From assembly GCF_009914755.1 (NCBI RefSeq), contig NC_060932.1: DNA of 64,000 bases. One strand, given 5' to 3'. The first letter of the stretch is position 1. Each line of letters opens with the position of its first letter. The notes under the pieces were generated by a model. The model had not been told where the DNA came from. It searched no databases and was given only the letters and a program-made list of their open reading frames with translations. Below are positions 14,161 through 27,950 of this stretch, piece by piece. This DNA is from the human T2T-CHM13v2.0 reference genome, Homo sapiens. The position numbers and the translations under genes were made by a program.

Positions 14161-16717
14161 CCACCCTACAAGTTGTTCAAGTTAAAGCCGTAACAATGGA
14201 AATTTCACACAAAGCTATTTTCATCCTCCAGGTTTGACTCCTGCCCAGTATCTAGCTGATTTTTGTGGCTTGCCAAAGCTTTAGATAATTTTCATATTTT
14301 CCAAAGTTTATTATCTATGAAAGAATTAGACCAGTAGCAGATACTCTGCTGCACCAGAACTGAAATATCTACTCTTCAACTTTAGTTGAAAGACTAAAAA
14401 TTTTAAACATTCTTGCTGTAACCTCTCCCTAAACATCCTATAGTCTTACTTTTCATATGTGATCATTTCACCCCTTTATAAGAACTACTCTCACTTTAAA
14501 AGCATTAAGTTTTTATTATAGTTAATGAAAAGGTTAGCTTCTTACAGCAATAATAAAAAATAGAATGACCTTCTCAACCAAGTAATGACACAACCATTAT
14601 GCAACTTAAGCTTATAAATAAAACCTGAAAATAAAGCCTCTTCTTCTATTAAAATAATATCATATACTTTTTAAAATTAAAATTTAAGACTTATAACCAA
14701 ACTACTAACTAAAGTAGGTTTTCGTCTGTCTGTACATTTCTAGAAAAAGAGGCCCACCACTTCCATTTCACCATTCCTATGCAATAACGATATTTAGGAC
14801 TTGAAACTACTACAAATAGAAATAGTCAAGTAGTCATTTGAACATATCTGTATCCATTACGCACACACAGCTATTTCACTTACTTTGGGAAAATCAGCCC
14901 ATCTGAATAATAAACTTAGCTTGAAAAATAACATTTTGATTTAAAAATAGAACATTTGCAACCTAACACTTTCATATGATTTTAAAAGAGGAGCATCAGA
15001 TAAAGCAGTTATTTTGAGAATAAATTGAAAAATACATACTTTGTTTTATAAACTAGTACTACAAGCTGAATTATCAAGATGGATTTGTTAAACCCTTTTT
15101 ACAGTCTTACGTATAGTAAAATATCACTACATATGATTAATCGATTTGGCTCCTTTTAGTAAAGATATAGAACTATGAAATGTATTCAAAGATATGCAGT
15201 TCTAACTTTTTAAAGCATAGTTAAAATAGACCTAAGCTAACAAAGTACTGCCTAGTAGGAGTTCTCAGAAAGATACTAAAAAGAATGTCAATTGTGTTTA
15301 AAATGGTACTCACAGTGTACCTGAGGATGACTTGAAGCCATTTAATATATTTCCCATATTTCACATACATCTTTGGTTTGCCTAGTAAAATCCTGCCTTT
15401 AGAGAATAAATCAAAAGTAAACTTTTTTCTGGCTCAGCATTAATGAAGTTCCACGGTGCTATGTATGATTTCCGACTAGTTCGATAGACTTCATTTTCTT
15501 TGGAACTTTCTAATTGAAAAACAGAGTCCAGAGAAATTGACTATAGTATATTAACAATAAAAATTGTGATGTGCCAATGAACATAAGCACATTTAATATG
15601 CATCACTGGTCCCCATCCAGGAATGTGATTGGTTAATGATTACTTATATTGTTCTTCTATTGGGATGATTTTTGCATAGCTTTTAAAAAGGTGGTCTACA
15701 TGACCATTTCTTACATGGAGAAAAAGTTATATTACAAAGAAAACAACAATATTAAAGTGAGACAAAATAATTCAGAAACTCGACTAACAAATCATTTGGC
15801 AATAATTTAAGTTTTATTACAGTGAAAGGATGGCCCAACTTATTCCTTTATGACCACCAATGATTTTTAAAAATCTCTTTCAAAGTGCAGATCTCTTTAA
15901 TGCACTTCAACTTTTGCCACAGCTATACTGTCTTCATTATTCTGAAATGACTTTGAATATTGCTTTTCCAAAGATTTAAATTATTTTTACACCCATAGTG
16001 CTTCACAGAAGACCAGTGAACCAGAATGCATGACTGGTTATTACTGTCATAATTTGAAAGACATCCAGAACAAGACTTAAGTGAAGTCATGGGATAGTTC
16101 TACTTGAAATTGAGTTATTAGTACTTTTAAAATTTAACTTACTATAGTTTCTTCATAAGAAGAATTTTCACTGCTTCATTTTTCTTAGGTCATTTCATGC
16201 CTAAGGCTTACAATCGAGTGTTGCCCTGAGTCAAGGTTTGTATTTCTCTACACATCACACACAAAAATGGTTATCTTATTTTCTGTTATTCCGATATTTT
16301 ATTCTGGTATTGTATAATAAGCTAGGCCTTCAACTATGACTCAACTTTTCTATATTTCAGGATATTTCTTTTGGGTTTCTTTCAGTGCTAGTGTTCCGCA
16401 AATGTTTCTCACTTCAGAAGTTCTTGTCTCTTTCTTCATTTTATTCCTGGGTGATTTTATTTATGGCCATGACATGACCCATACTGTACTTCTGTGCTCC
16501 AAACTCTTGCATCTGAATACTTCCGGGACATAACTATCTATATTTCTCAGAAGCACAAAGCCACAAACATATGAAGCAGAATTCATCACTTACCACCCTA
16601 GGTCTCTAGCATGCCATATCACTATGAATGACACCATCATTTTTTGTCACTCAACCCTACAATTTATCTACTCTAACATTTTCCCTCTCCTATCCCCGCA
16701 CATATATTATACACAAC

Positions 16718-17186
16718 TGAAATCGATCCAGTAGTCCCATAGGTAGTTTTCTAGACAAACAAAGAAATTAAACCTTCTGGTCTTAGAGCTTCAACCTTGT
16801 ATTTATTTTATCTGAGTTCCTTCCTCAAGAACAAACCTCCAGGCCTCTCAAAAAAAAGTCTGAGTTTCAGTGGAAGAACTGAAGTTTCAGCCAAAGAACT
16901 GAAACTCACCAGATCACCACATTCAGACAATCAAGATGCTGGACCTCTCATTCCTCATAATTGCTTCTTTGTCCCTCCCTAGTTGCTGTTCTCACACATT
17001 GTTACATTTCTTCCCTGCTCTATAAACCCCTAGTTTGGGGGGATCAGTGAGATAGATTTGAAACTGAGCTCCCATCTCCTGCAGGGCCCGATTAAATCCT
17101 TCTTCCTTGGCAATACTCATAGTCTCAGTTACTGGCTTTCTGTGTAGAGAGAGCAGGATCTAGACCAAACCCCTGGTGTTTCGGTT
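16718..17186 (+). mobile_element. ERV1 solo LTR (MER4 group, LTR26-like; subfamily uncertain)
   Basis: tgaaatcgatccagtagtcccatag...TATA-like ctataaacccc, attaaa polyA signal, end gaccaaacccctggtgtttcgg. Confidence 0.8.
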
Positions 17187-17712
17187 GGCTCTTTGGTGCT
17201 AATTTTCATTACTATGTCTACTTGACATCAGTTGCGGTTTACACCATCTTCATTTTTTCCTGTGCCATTTCCAGAGCCTCCATCCCAAGTCTCCAGGCTT
17301 CATTTTGCTAAACTAATTCAATACAACACCAGCAAGGGAGACTTCCAAATGCAAAAATCTGATCATGTCAGTCCTGCCAAATCTGGATAATTTCCCCTTG
17401 GTCTCACTTCCTGCCTTCCTGCATCCATGTATCCTCCAACAAGACGGAACTGCTTACTCCAAGTGAGACCCACTCCGCTGTGCCTTGCTACTTGCTCTGG
17501 ACTCCATTTCAAACTCCATTTTCTCACCCCTTCCCCTGCACACATGCATTTCCTATGATTCAGTTTGGTATTCCTTCCTCATTGTCGAGGCAGAATTAGA
17601 AGATTCTTTCCATGTTAAAATTCCTTCCTCTTCCTCTGACCCAGGAGGCCTAGTTAGGACCCTATGCTTACTGCTATTATATCTATGGCATCACTTATCA
17701 CATGGTATTGTA

Positions 17713-17760
<48 letters not shown>
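17713..17760. repeat. (ATT)n microsatellite, derived from an Alu tail
   Basis: About 16 ATT units; explains the poly-Ile ORF. Confidence 0.95.
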
Positions 17761-18030
17761 TTGAGTCAAGGTCTGGCTCTACTGCCTAGGCTGGAGTGCA
17801 GTGGCAGGATCTCGGCTCACTGCAATCTCCACCTCCTAGGCTCAAGCCAACCTCCTACCTCAGCCTCTTGAGTAGATGGGAGTACAGGGGTGCACCCAGC
17901 TAACGTTTTTGTATTTTCGGTAGAGACAGGGTTTTGCCATTTTGCCCAGGCTGGTCTCAAACTCATGAGCTCAAGCAATCCATCTGCCTCAGTCTCCCAA
18001 AGTCCTGGGATCACAGGTATACACACTCAG
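17716..18030 (-). mobile_element. AluJ
   Basis: Antisense Alu with J-type ggctcaagc; TSD atggtattgtaatt at 17702-17715 and 18031-18044. Confidence 0.9.
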
Positions 18031-18326
18031 ATGGTATTGTAATTCTTGAGTCACTTATCCAATTCTCTGAATAAGCCATAGATGTCTGGAGGTCACGATA
18101 TCTATTTTTATAAACCCATGACTTGCTAGCACTTAGCACGTGGTAGGGCCTTAATATGAAGTGCAGTAATATATTTTTGAATGATTGAAATTTTGTTTCA
18201 CATATTTCTGTGAAATAGGTGAAATATGTGAAATTTCACGTCTTCCTTTTTAAATCTTAAGTTAATTACAAACTGTTAGTGACTTTATTCTAGTATTCAT
18301 ATTAATGGCCTTAGAAGTCCACCTTG

Positions 18327-18632
18327 GGCCGGGCGCGGTGGCTCACGCCTGTAATCCCAGCACTTTGGGAGGCCGAGGCGGGTGGATCATGAGGTCAGGA
18401 GATCGAGACCATCCTGGCTAACAAGGTGAAACCCCGTCTCTACCAAAAATACAAAAAATTAGCCGGGCGCGGTGGCGGGCGCCTGTAGTCCCAGCTACTG
18501 GGGAGGCTGAGGCAGGAGAATGGCGTGAACCCGGGAAGCGGAGCTTGCCGTGAGCCGAGATTGCGCCACTGCAGTCCGCAGTCCGGCCTGGGCGACAGAG
18601 CGAGACTCCGTCTCCAAAAAAAAAAAAAAAAA
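18327..18632 (+). mobile_element. AluYb9 (human-specific young Alu)
   Basis: 7-bp Yb insertion cactgcagtccgcagtccggcc, ggtggatcatgagg, ctaacaagg, gggaagcgg and Yb9 ctactgggg; CpGs intact; TSD agaagtccacctt at 18313-18325 and 18633-18645. Confidence 0.95.
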
Positions 18633-19999
18633 AGAAGTCCACCTTACTTTTCACTCTTTTGTTACTTCTGAGTTATTTTCAAGGCTCTCATTTCCCTTCT
18701 GTGGTATATTATAATAACTGTTCCAATAGTCTAATTCTAATGTTTTATTTTTAAATCTGTAAAGATAATGCACTTCAAAAAGCTTTATATTTAAATTTTT
18801 ATTTTCGGGTTTATCTTTCACTTTCTATTTTTTAAGATTTTCATAGTCAACTTTTATAATTCTTTCTGCTTTATTTGTATCTCCTGACATACTAACATTT
18901 TCTTCAACTCAAAACATCCTACCAGTGTATTCAATTACCTCCACTTCTTCCATTTTAAAATATTCTTTTTACATTGACTATATCGCTTTTTTCTTTCCTT
19001 CTTTTGAGAATGTGCATCACTAGGCTTTTAGACCAGCTGATTTCCATTTCATAACTCTCGAATTCTGCCACCTAGTCTCTTACTAAGATTTTTATTCACA
19101 GAAAAGTTGACACTAAGCCCAATACATTATCATGGAGAAGTATTATAGTTGGAAAGCAAGAGGATTTCACTGTATCTAAAGTATGGCCTGAACTGACAAG
19201 CAAATACAATCTCTCTCAAAAGTAATACCTTTATACATATCATCTGTATTCACTGAGATTTGCATAAGATAGGAATAGTTAATATCTAGGGAAATAAAAC
19301 CTTCTTAGATATTGAAATAAACATGAACTATATATGAATACGCGGTCATACACATCACAATTAAACTTTTAAAATACCTATGTAGATGATTGTGTGTAAA
19401 TGTTTATAATTTTTTAACTGAAATTATATCTGTTTAAAATTTCCAATTTTGTATAATCTCCAGTCATTTATTTCCATATAGGATCCTCTTTCATCACAAA
19501 ACCCATATCCTCCGGCTTGCCTACACACTCCACCAACCCTGCACACTACACCCACCCTGCACACACTGTACTCACAGTGGTTACTTTTTAAATATGCATA
19601 CAGAATTTTTTAATCTAACTGTCTTCAATTTCACAATTGGTCTAAAAAGCCATGTGTTTTAGAACTAGAAGAAATTATTTTATTCAACCTTCTGTTTTCA
19701 GGTACGTAAATCTTATTATCCCTACTGTACTGATAAACCTACCATAGATAAGTTAAGTGACTTTACAGAGGTTATTCAATGTGTATTAGGACCGGGTGTC
19801 CCAGGAGTTAGGGCTCTTAATCCTATTCCCTAGCGCCCTTGGCAATGCTTATATAAGTATCCATTATTGCTATGCATTGATGTTGCCAAATCATCTTTTA
19901 AAACTTTTTATATTTGTACCACTTCTTAGTGTTGTCAATTTGATAAAATAATTCCACATTATTTTCTTTGATTACCCTTATATTAACCTCTATCTACCT

Positions 20000-20480
20000 C
20001 AAAACTCATTCATTTTTTCTTTCATCTATAAATATCTATTAGCTGCCTATTCTATGCCATGCACTGTGCAAGATACAGAAATTAAATGTGAGCCATCATC
20101 ACAGAGCTCACAGTCTAATGAAAGATAAAAATAATCAAGCAATGCAATTTGAAAAGCATGCCCATTCCTCCTGTGCCAATATATAGGAACACATTAGACA
20201 GGTAATGGGAAGAATAAAAATGACCAAAATAAGATGTAAAAGATGATTTAGAAAAGCCATGTTAATTATGAAAATTATGTTCTAGGCACAGAGTGCCATG
20301 CAAAAGGCCATGGTACATCTTTGTGACTAAAAGTAGTTTAGAGTGGTTGGGTCATAGGACATACGAGCAGTGCCGTAAAAGATGCCACTAGAGGTCTGAA
20401 CAGAAATCAAATCTTCATGAACTTTGAAACTCTTATAAGGAAAGTTGGATTTTATTCTAAAGAAAATAAGGAGTAGAGGA
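20000..20480 (-). mobile_element. L2 fragments
   Basis: cattcatt...atctattagctgcctattctatgcc...gagctcacagtctaa; gttggattttattctaa. Confidence 0.55.
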
Positions 20481-20689
20481 TTAACTTCTCATTCTAACGT
20501 ACCATTTTGTGGTAAGTCAGCCTTCCAACATCATTGTGATACTCATCCTTTGTTTCTGATTTCCATTCTAAAGAGACTTGTTTTTATGATCATCACCCTG
20601 CTTAGAAGTTTTCCAATTCAATATCTCTTTTCAGTGAGGCCCACACTGTAACCCACTGGTAAGCATTTAGAATTTAGAGTTGAAATATG

Positions 20690-20910
20690 TAATCATTATC
20701 ACATTTATTGAGCAGAGCACTTAACCATGTCAGGGATTGGGCTAAATTCATTTGTCATCCTGACTTGTAACTATGAAAACCTGTGATATAATCCTCTTTA
20801 TCTCCAAATTACAGATGAGAATTTTGATGTTCACAGAAGTTCAATAAGTTGCCAAAAAAATATCAAACAGCTAGTAAATTTTAATGTCAGTTTTACATCC
20901 ATGCTTGCAT
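20690..20910 (-). mobile_element. MIR
   Basis: acatttattgagc...ttacagatgagaattttgatgttcacagaagttcaataagttgcc. Confidence 0.65.
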
Positions 20911-21471
20911 ACTCAAACTTTCCTTACACATAACACATCCTTGCAAAGAATACTGGAAATCCAATATGTGAAGCTTGAAAACAATAAGTGGATGTTTTAA
21001 AGAAGAAAGTATCTATTTGCAAAAATCTTCAAAGATACATTAAGACCATTTAAGACATTTCCCTAATTTAATAAATTCTCTCATTTAAAAAATGTCCTCA
21101 GCAATATACACAGTCAACCCAATTAAACCCAGCAAACCACAGAGTCTAAATATTTGTTGATTTATTTGAGTCCAACATTTCTGTATAGTATTAAGTTTAT
21201 GTGGTCTGTGCTTCTACTACTAATGTTAGCACTTCCATTTTTCTGTTTTACATTTATTCTTTAAAAACAGTAAGAACAGAATACAACAAAAGCTGATCGC
21301 CAAAAAATACTCCCTACTGGACAAAAACGGGCTACTGCTGAAGTTAAAGTATTGGCTGACAGACGGCACCAATATTCCAGAATGTTCTTTCATTTAATAA
21401 TCAAAGTCTTTATTCTTTTTACCTAAATTCAATGGATAGATTTTACTCCAAAATTTATGACAATACAGAGG

Positions 21472-21631
21472 TTTTTTTGGGGTTTTGTTGTTTCTTGTTT
21501 GTTTTGTTTTTTGGTAGAGACAGGGTCTTGTTATGATGCCCAGGTTGGTCTCAAACTCTTGGCCTCAAGTGATCCTCCTGCCTCAGTCTCCCAAAGTGCT
21601 AGGATTACAGGCATGAGCCACCAGGCCTACC
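21472..21631 (-). mobile_element. Alu left monomer (FLAM_C-like)
   Basis: gtagagacagggtcttg...aaagtgctaggattacaggcatgagccacc with T-rich tail. Confidence 0.9.
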
Positions 21632-23109
21632 CACAATGCAAAGTTTTGAAAGTGTATTGGTCAAAGTCTAGAATTGCTTATTATTTACAAGCTTATTGTG
21701 AATATTGCAAAAAAATGCATGTAAGGGTTGTATTTTCCAAGTGAGTATACCTCAAGATTTTCAAGATCTTATAGCAGTGGAATTTGCTTTCATTTTTTTC
21801 CTGATTTTCACGTTAACACCACCCAGCAGTATACTGGCCCAATATGTTTGGGAAGAGCAACCTCCAGGTTCCATTTCTGAATTCCCCACTTTTAATTCAC
21901 TCTGACAGTTCTGATCATGGTAGCCTAAAAGCACTATCTTACTTTTGCTTACCGCATATGACTTTATTCCAAACTTACAGTCTTCTCCATTTATTGTGAT
22001 CATCTTGGCATATAATTAACAGAAAGCACTTAATATCCCAGAGAACTCATTTCTCACACAATATTCTAGATTACTCATACAAAATGCAATACATTACTTA
22101 AAAATGCAATACATCTTTGACTTTCTACTTTTCTTATTTCTTAGCTGCTTTAATACCTGTGCTCTTTTCTTTATGAGAGAAGTGTGTGTGTGCATATCTG
22201 TTTCATTTTATATATCTATTAGGCACAGACACACACACAAAGACACACACACACACACAAACCTGCAAGAAAAAAAGAAAGATAAAGTAATTTAGGCAAA
22301 TAAGTATGTTGTTTTTGGTGTTAAGATTCCCTGCCTGATCAAAATTATTAGCATTCAATAAAAATTCTTCCAGTGTGAAACATTTTCCTTCTTGTGCTAC
22401 ATGTCATTCCTGCACTAACTAGCCAATGAAAGATACCTCAAATTCTGATGATTATATTAGTTATTCTCAGCAAGCTTCAAAGTACTCCTCTGATCATCAT
22501 AATTAGAATTTTGGGAGCACTGCAATACATAAATAATTGCATTCAGAAAATTATAAACACTAAATTCGGTTTCATTTTACCATGAGAGCTCATTTTTAAG
22601 GTTCATCTTCTCTAAAGGCTTTCCTACATATAAAAGCAACTGGAAAATTTATATATACATGCTTGTTTCATTGTTCTGCAACTGATAATATGCAACTGAC
22701 ACTTTTGGTAGGTACAGCATTTTCCGTAACAGCAAAGCATTTATCCACATAAAATGAAAATCAATATATAATAATTGACTGGGACTTGATTTTAAGGTAA
22801 TAGACTAAGTCCCTCTAACAATGAATATCTTAGCACTCAGAGGAAAGAATGTAACGAGTAAGAATTGCATAGGGCCCATGGGCCTTCCAGAAAGACTTTG
22901 AAATCCTCTAGCTTGCATATGAAAATTTATTGCAAATGGATTTTTACAGCACAGGGATGTTACTTAAAGAGCAATTCAAGGCTCAGTGTGATATTTAGAT
23001 TTAACATTTTACAAGCTTTACAGTTAACTTCTTTTAACTCCTTGGAAATACAAACAGGATATAGTCTTCTAGTTGAATGAGTGTATTAGCTTCTTATTAT
23101 TTATGGTTT

Positions 23110-23310
23110 TAGAGAACAACTTAGTAGCATAGTAGAAAAAGCATAGGATTTGCTATAGAAACACTGAGGTGTTCATCTCGGATCTGCCACTTAGCCAGAA
23201 GTCCTCAGACAATTTATTAGAGTGCTCAGTTAAGTGGAGAAATAATCTCTTAGTAGGGGTGAGATGATAATGTGAACATTACTAAGTAGGTGCTCAATAA
23301 TGTTAGGCAA
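23110..23310 (+). mobile_element. MIR
   Basis: gtagcatagtagaaaaagcataggatttg...ctctgccac-like core, aagtaggtgctcaataa. Confidence 0.6.
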
Positions 23311-25754
23311 CTTCCCAAGCTAGTAATACCTAAGAAGAAATCTGACTTCTCATGAATGCTGTTTTATTTTTCAAGGGAAAGAGAAACATTTTTTTAGAAA
23401 AACTTGATTTGTTAAGCAATAATAACTTAAAGTTCCCTATTTAATTTATAGTCTTTAGTAATGTGGCTTAGGCTTTATAATGTTTAAGTAATTAGAGGAG
23501 CAACTTGATGAAATCAGCTTATCATAAAATATGAAAAGAGCATATTCCTCCAGTTAGGTTTACAGGAAAAGACTGTGTGTTTGTTGTTTAATCTGAACAA
23601 TTAGCATATATTTCCATAAATCTTTCAAATAATTAGCTAGATTTCTTTGATAAATCCTTAATAATAAATCATAAGAAAGGAGCAAGACTGGACTTTGGAA
23701 AACCTATGTTCTACTCACAAGTCTTCAATTTATTATGCATGTCATACTAGACACATACTTAAAGTTTCCTGTGTAATTTGATTCAAATATTTGTCCTGCC
23801 TACTTCACAGGGCTATGCCAATAAGGATCAAATAAAACATTAGAAATATTCTTTACCCTAGTCTGAAAGGACTATGCAACCATTCTCATCTTACCCATTC
23901 ATGACATTTCTTTGAATTCAGAAAAATCAACATTCTAAAATTCACAATATAGACAACTTCTGAAATGTAATGGTGTAATTTTTGTTTGGGTACCAACCTC
24001 AAAGTTAAAATAAAGACCAGCTTTTGTAACCTTCTGGGAGTAGCATAATCAGATGGGTAGTCGGGTATGACCTGAGTGACTCTTCCCACAAAAAAAAGCT
24101 TAGGAAGATGGTAGAAGAGGGGAATATAAAGAAGGAGAAGTGACTGAAACAGAGGTGAGTTCGCTGAAGACTCCATCTCATCTGGGCCTCCCACAGGACA
24201 AACAGTGGGGAACTATAATAGTCAGAGGCAGACAACTTCTTTCCGGAAACTTGTCTGGGACAGCCTCATGACTGGGAACGACTTGCACCCAGCTCCACGG
24301 ATCTCTACTGCCTTGCATTGGCCCCAGCATCTGAAGTCTGCTTGTATCTTCTCGGTTTTCATAACCCATTCAAAGTCTGTTCCTCCTTCCTCAACAACTG
24401 AACTGGCTGCAGGTGAAGTACTCTCCGTCTTCCTGGTCTTTATTTTCTAGGCAACCTCTCAATGCTGCACATGTCTCGTCCCCAGTAAAGGAAGGGAATT
24501 CAGATTAGATCTATAGACTGGCCACCTAGGAAGTGTGCCTTTAGGTACAAAACTCCTTCATGCAGAACTCACATCTTGTCAAGGTGGACGTAAGTCTTTA
24601 AAAAAACTAAAATTTACAGTTGAAATTATATATCCATGGTGTGGTTTGAAGAGTACACAAAATAGCAACATCAACAAAAAACCCCAGCACATCCCATCAG
24701 ATTTCTTTGGAACTCCAAATTCCTCCCATTAATTTCATCCTAGTGGTTAAAGCATTTTTTCTACAAACACGTTAAAAAGCTTTCATACTGCCTTAAATAT
24801 AAAGCCCATCAACCCAACCTGACCTGTCCTATAACCTATTGCCACATATCAATGTTGTTGCTTTTCTAGCTAAGCTGTGTAGAAATTGGATATAGAACAT
24901 TAAATTTGGGACAGAGGCCAGGAATTTATGACATGGTTTTAACCAGAAAGGTCAAGATTAAGTAAGGAGTCACAATGGGAGTTTTGAAAAATAGAAAACC
25001 TAGGCCTCCAAAGGGAAAAGTGAGGAAGCTTTGCAATACATTTCATACACTTGATAATTTTGCTAAAATAATTGGTGTAATGGAGATGATTCAAATCTCA
25101 GAGCATGAAATTATCGTATTTTAGTCCAAACCCCCAAATGCAAAACTGATTTCTAGAGAGCAACATACGACTCTTAGAAGGATGTTCTCTCTAGGGTCCA
25201 GAAAGAGTCTTACATCTTTGCTTGCAATGATTGTCCACAGAGATGCGGCTTGTCTCATGCTGCTGGGAGTGATTTTAGGAAGCATTAGAGTGTTAAATGC
25301 ATTAGGCTAAGAACTGCTGAACAGAAGACTTGTTTTAAGGGCAGAGACATGTTCGGTTTCCTGTATACTGATCACAGCTCATGTCAGCATGGGCTTCATG
25401 TGTAGATCACAAATACTAAAGGCCAGTGCTGCAAAGCTGACCAGGCAGTGGAGGAAGGGAGCTGCAATCATGCTGTGTCATGGTGGGATCCCTTTTGGTG
25501 CTGTTATTTTTCACTCAGAGAAGTGATCTTTTATACTGTTTTAATAATCATATCTTCACAACTGCTGATAACAAACTAAAAATATTGCTTGGCTAAAATT
25601 TCATTTCCTAGTGCTATCCTAATTTTATTTTCCGAGTTGCTGAGTGAAGAGGAAAGAGAGAGGATGGGGGAGAGAGAGAATGAATCACATCACTCACAAA
25701 TCCTGAGTAACAATTCACAATAAATTAATACATAAGATTAATGAAAATGCAAGT

Positions 25755-26115
25755 CATGATGCTTACATTTATGTGTCAGCCTGGCTAGGCTACGGTGCCC
25801 AGATGCTTGGCCAAACACCAGCATAGATGTTACTGAGAAGGTATTTTTAGATGTGATTAACATTTTAATCTGTAAATATCCAGGAAAGCAACTGCTCTCC
25901 GTAATGTGGGTGGGCCTTATTCAATCAGTTGAAGGCTAAGGTAAGGACTGAAGATCAAAGAATATGACCTCAAGACTGCAACATAGAAACTCTGCCTGAG
26001 CTTCCAGCCTTGCTAGCTTACCCTTGACCCTGCTGTCCTAAAATGTGGACTAGCTGGCCCCCACAACTGTTTGAGCCAATTCTTTAAAATACACCTGTCT
26101 TCTCCCTCTGAGAAT
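25755..26115 (+). mobile_element. MLT2-type (ERVL) LTR
   Basis: atttatgtgtcagcctggctaggctacggtgcccag...aatgtgggtgggccttattcaatcagttgaagg...tgagccaattc. Confidence 0.85.
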
Positions 26116-26123
26116 GAGAGTTT

Positions 26124-26677
26124 TGTAACTGAAAAAGATGCCTAGCATAACTAACTACATATTGCTCTAATTCCCCCACCATGTGGTGGTATGTTTTACA
26201 TCAACAGCCTCTGTATGTGCTTATCTCTGCACATAGGCCAACCTAACTATGGGAGGAATTTAGTTTCTAGTTTAACTTTAAAGCAAGGATGATAATAGTC
26301 CCTTCCCAAAACTAACTCACAAGAAAATAGGGTGTACACAAAAGTAACACGAGTAACGATGTTATGTGCAAGATTTATAGGAGCATTGTGGCCTAAGGAC
26401 AAAGAAGTTTCACAACCCCCCATCCAACCGTCACTGACTCCCAGATGTCTGTGACCATCAGCCACTTGCTGACCTCAATCCTTTCCTCTCCCCCTTCTCA
26501 TAACATAAAAGGAGCCTAAACTTCTACTAACTTAAGATGATTCTTTAGGACGTTAGTCCAAAATCTTCTCAGTCTACTGGCTCTCCGAAAAAAAGTCACC
26601 TTCCTCATCCCAACACCTTGTCTCTCAAATTACTGGCTGTAGTGCAGCTGGCAGTATGAGCTTTGAATTCTGTTACA
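26124..26677 (+). mobile_element. ERV1 solo LTR (MER4 group; subfamily uncertain)
   Basis: Termini TGTAAC...GTTACA; aactatgggaggaatttagttt motif; flanks gttt/gtta. Confidence 0.8.
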
Positions 26678-26699
26678 GTTACAACTCATTATCATCTTT

Positions 26700-27370
26700 A
26701 AAACAGACTTTTACAATGGGCTCCTGACTGCTGTAGGAGTCTCTTGCCTCCACCCCATTAGTTTATTCTCCTTAGTCTTTTAAAGTAAAAATTTTAAAAG
26801 CGCCCCATTCATAAATTTATTTCCACATTCCCGGATGTATACGGGGTACATTCTAAGCTCCATAATACAGCATACAAGCCATTCTTTGTTTTATACCTCC
26901 TTGCTTGCTTTCTTCTCTCCTCTCCCACCATGAAAATTTACCTGTCGTTTATTCTGCAGTCATAGAGAAATGCTCACGTTTCCTCCCGACTCACGATTCC
27001 ATTTCCACATCCGGCCTTTTCCCATGCTTTGTCATCTATTGACAATGTTCCTTTTGCCCTCCTCCTCTTGGAATACATATTCATGCGTGGAATACATAGT
27101 TTTATCTTTCCTAACAGAATTAAGACATCATCTTATGCAGTCACTCACCCCCAGTACACTGACTCTACTGTCTGGGCCACCCCTGAATCTGAGTACCTGT
27201 GTATCTCTGTATCTGACCCTATCCCTTACTGCTATATCTCAGTATCCTCAGCTAGACGGTGAATATTCAAGAGCATGAATTGTATCCTTCCTCTCTGCAT
27301 CCTCAGCACCTAACCCAAAAGCTTGTCACGGAGCATGCCCTAAGCAAGACTGTGTTGAATAGTCAATCAC
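26700..27370 (+). mobile_element. L2 3' fragments
   Basis: Degenerate L2 3' end (ctctgcatcctcagcacctaac...tgttgaatagtcaa); approximate. Confidence 0.5.
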
Positions 27371-27769
27371 TTTATTCTTTTGGTTCAGCTACTTGAAATT
27401 AAATTTCACAGTAGCTTATGTAAATAAACATCTTTCTTTATATATCTCATCTTCAGAGTTCAAACTATGCAAAAGTATCTTGTTATTTGTTTTGGAATAC
27501 AATTAGTTTATGTAGTAGTCAGACAAAAAAAAAAATGGATTATCATTCCCGCTTAGGGTTAGGTACTTCTAGACTAAGAAATACACTTCTCAGATTTAGA
27601 GTGAATCTAAATAATTTAGACATAGAATACATTTAAATTCCCAAATGGCATTCATTTTTAAAATGCCCTGACATTTTATGGGGTCATTTTCTTTTAAAAG
27701 CATGCTGAACTTTAAGAAGGAAATGAGCATGATGATCACTTTTGTAAGTATCTTTTTTTAAAGTTACAT

Positions 27770-27950
27770 GGTGGCATAGAGCTAAAAGAAGCATTGTGGT
27801 TCCAGCCTAACACCCTCAATTTTTAGCAAATGAAACAGTTGAAGCCTAAGGACTTTGAGTAATGTGACCAAAGGCAGAAAACTGGTTAGGTGGAGAGCCT
27901 GGACTAGAAATTTGCCCAAGAGAGTTCTATCAGATCAGTTACTCTTTCAT
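27770..27950 (-). mobile_element. MIR-like fragment
   Basis: tccagcctaacaccctcaattttt...gaagcctaag...gtgaccaaagg...ggagagcctggactagaa. Confidence 0.5.

Noticed and set aside
22081-22114. Direct repeat AAAATGCAATACAT x2
   Set aside because: Simple 20-bp-period slippage duplication with no functional context
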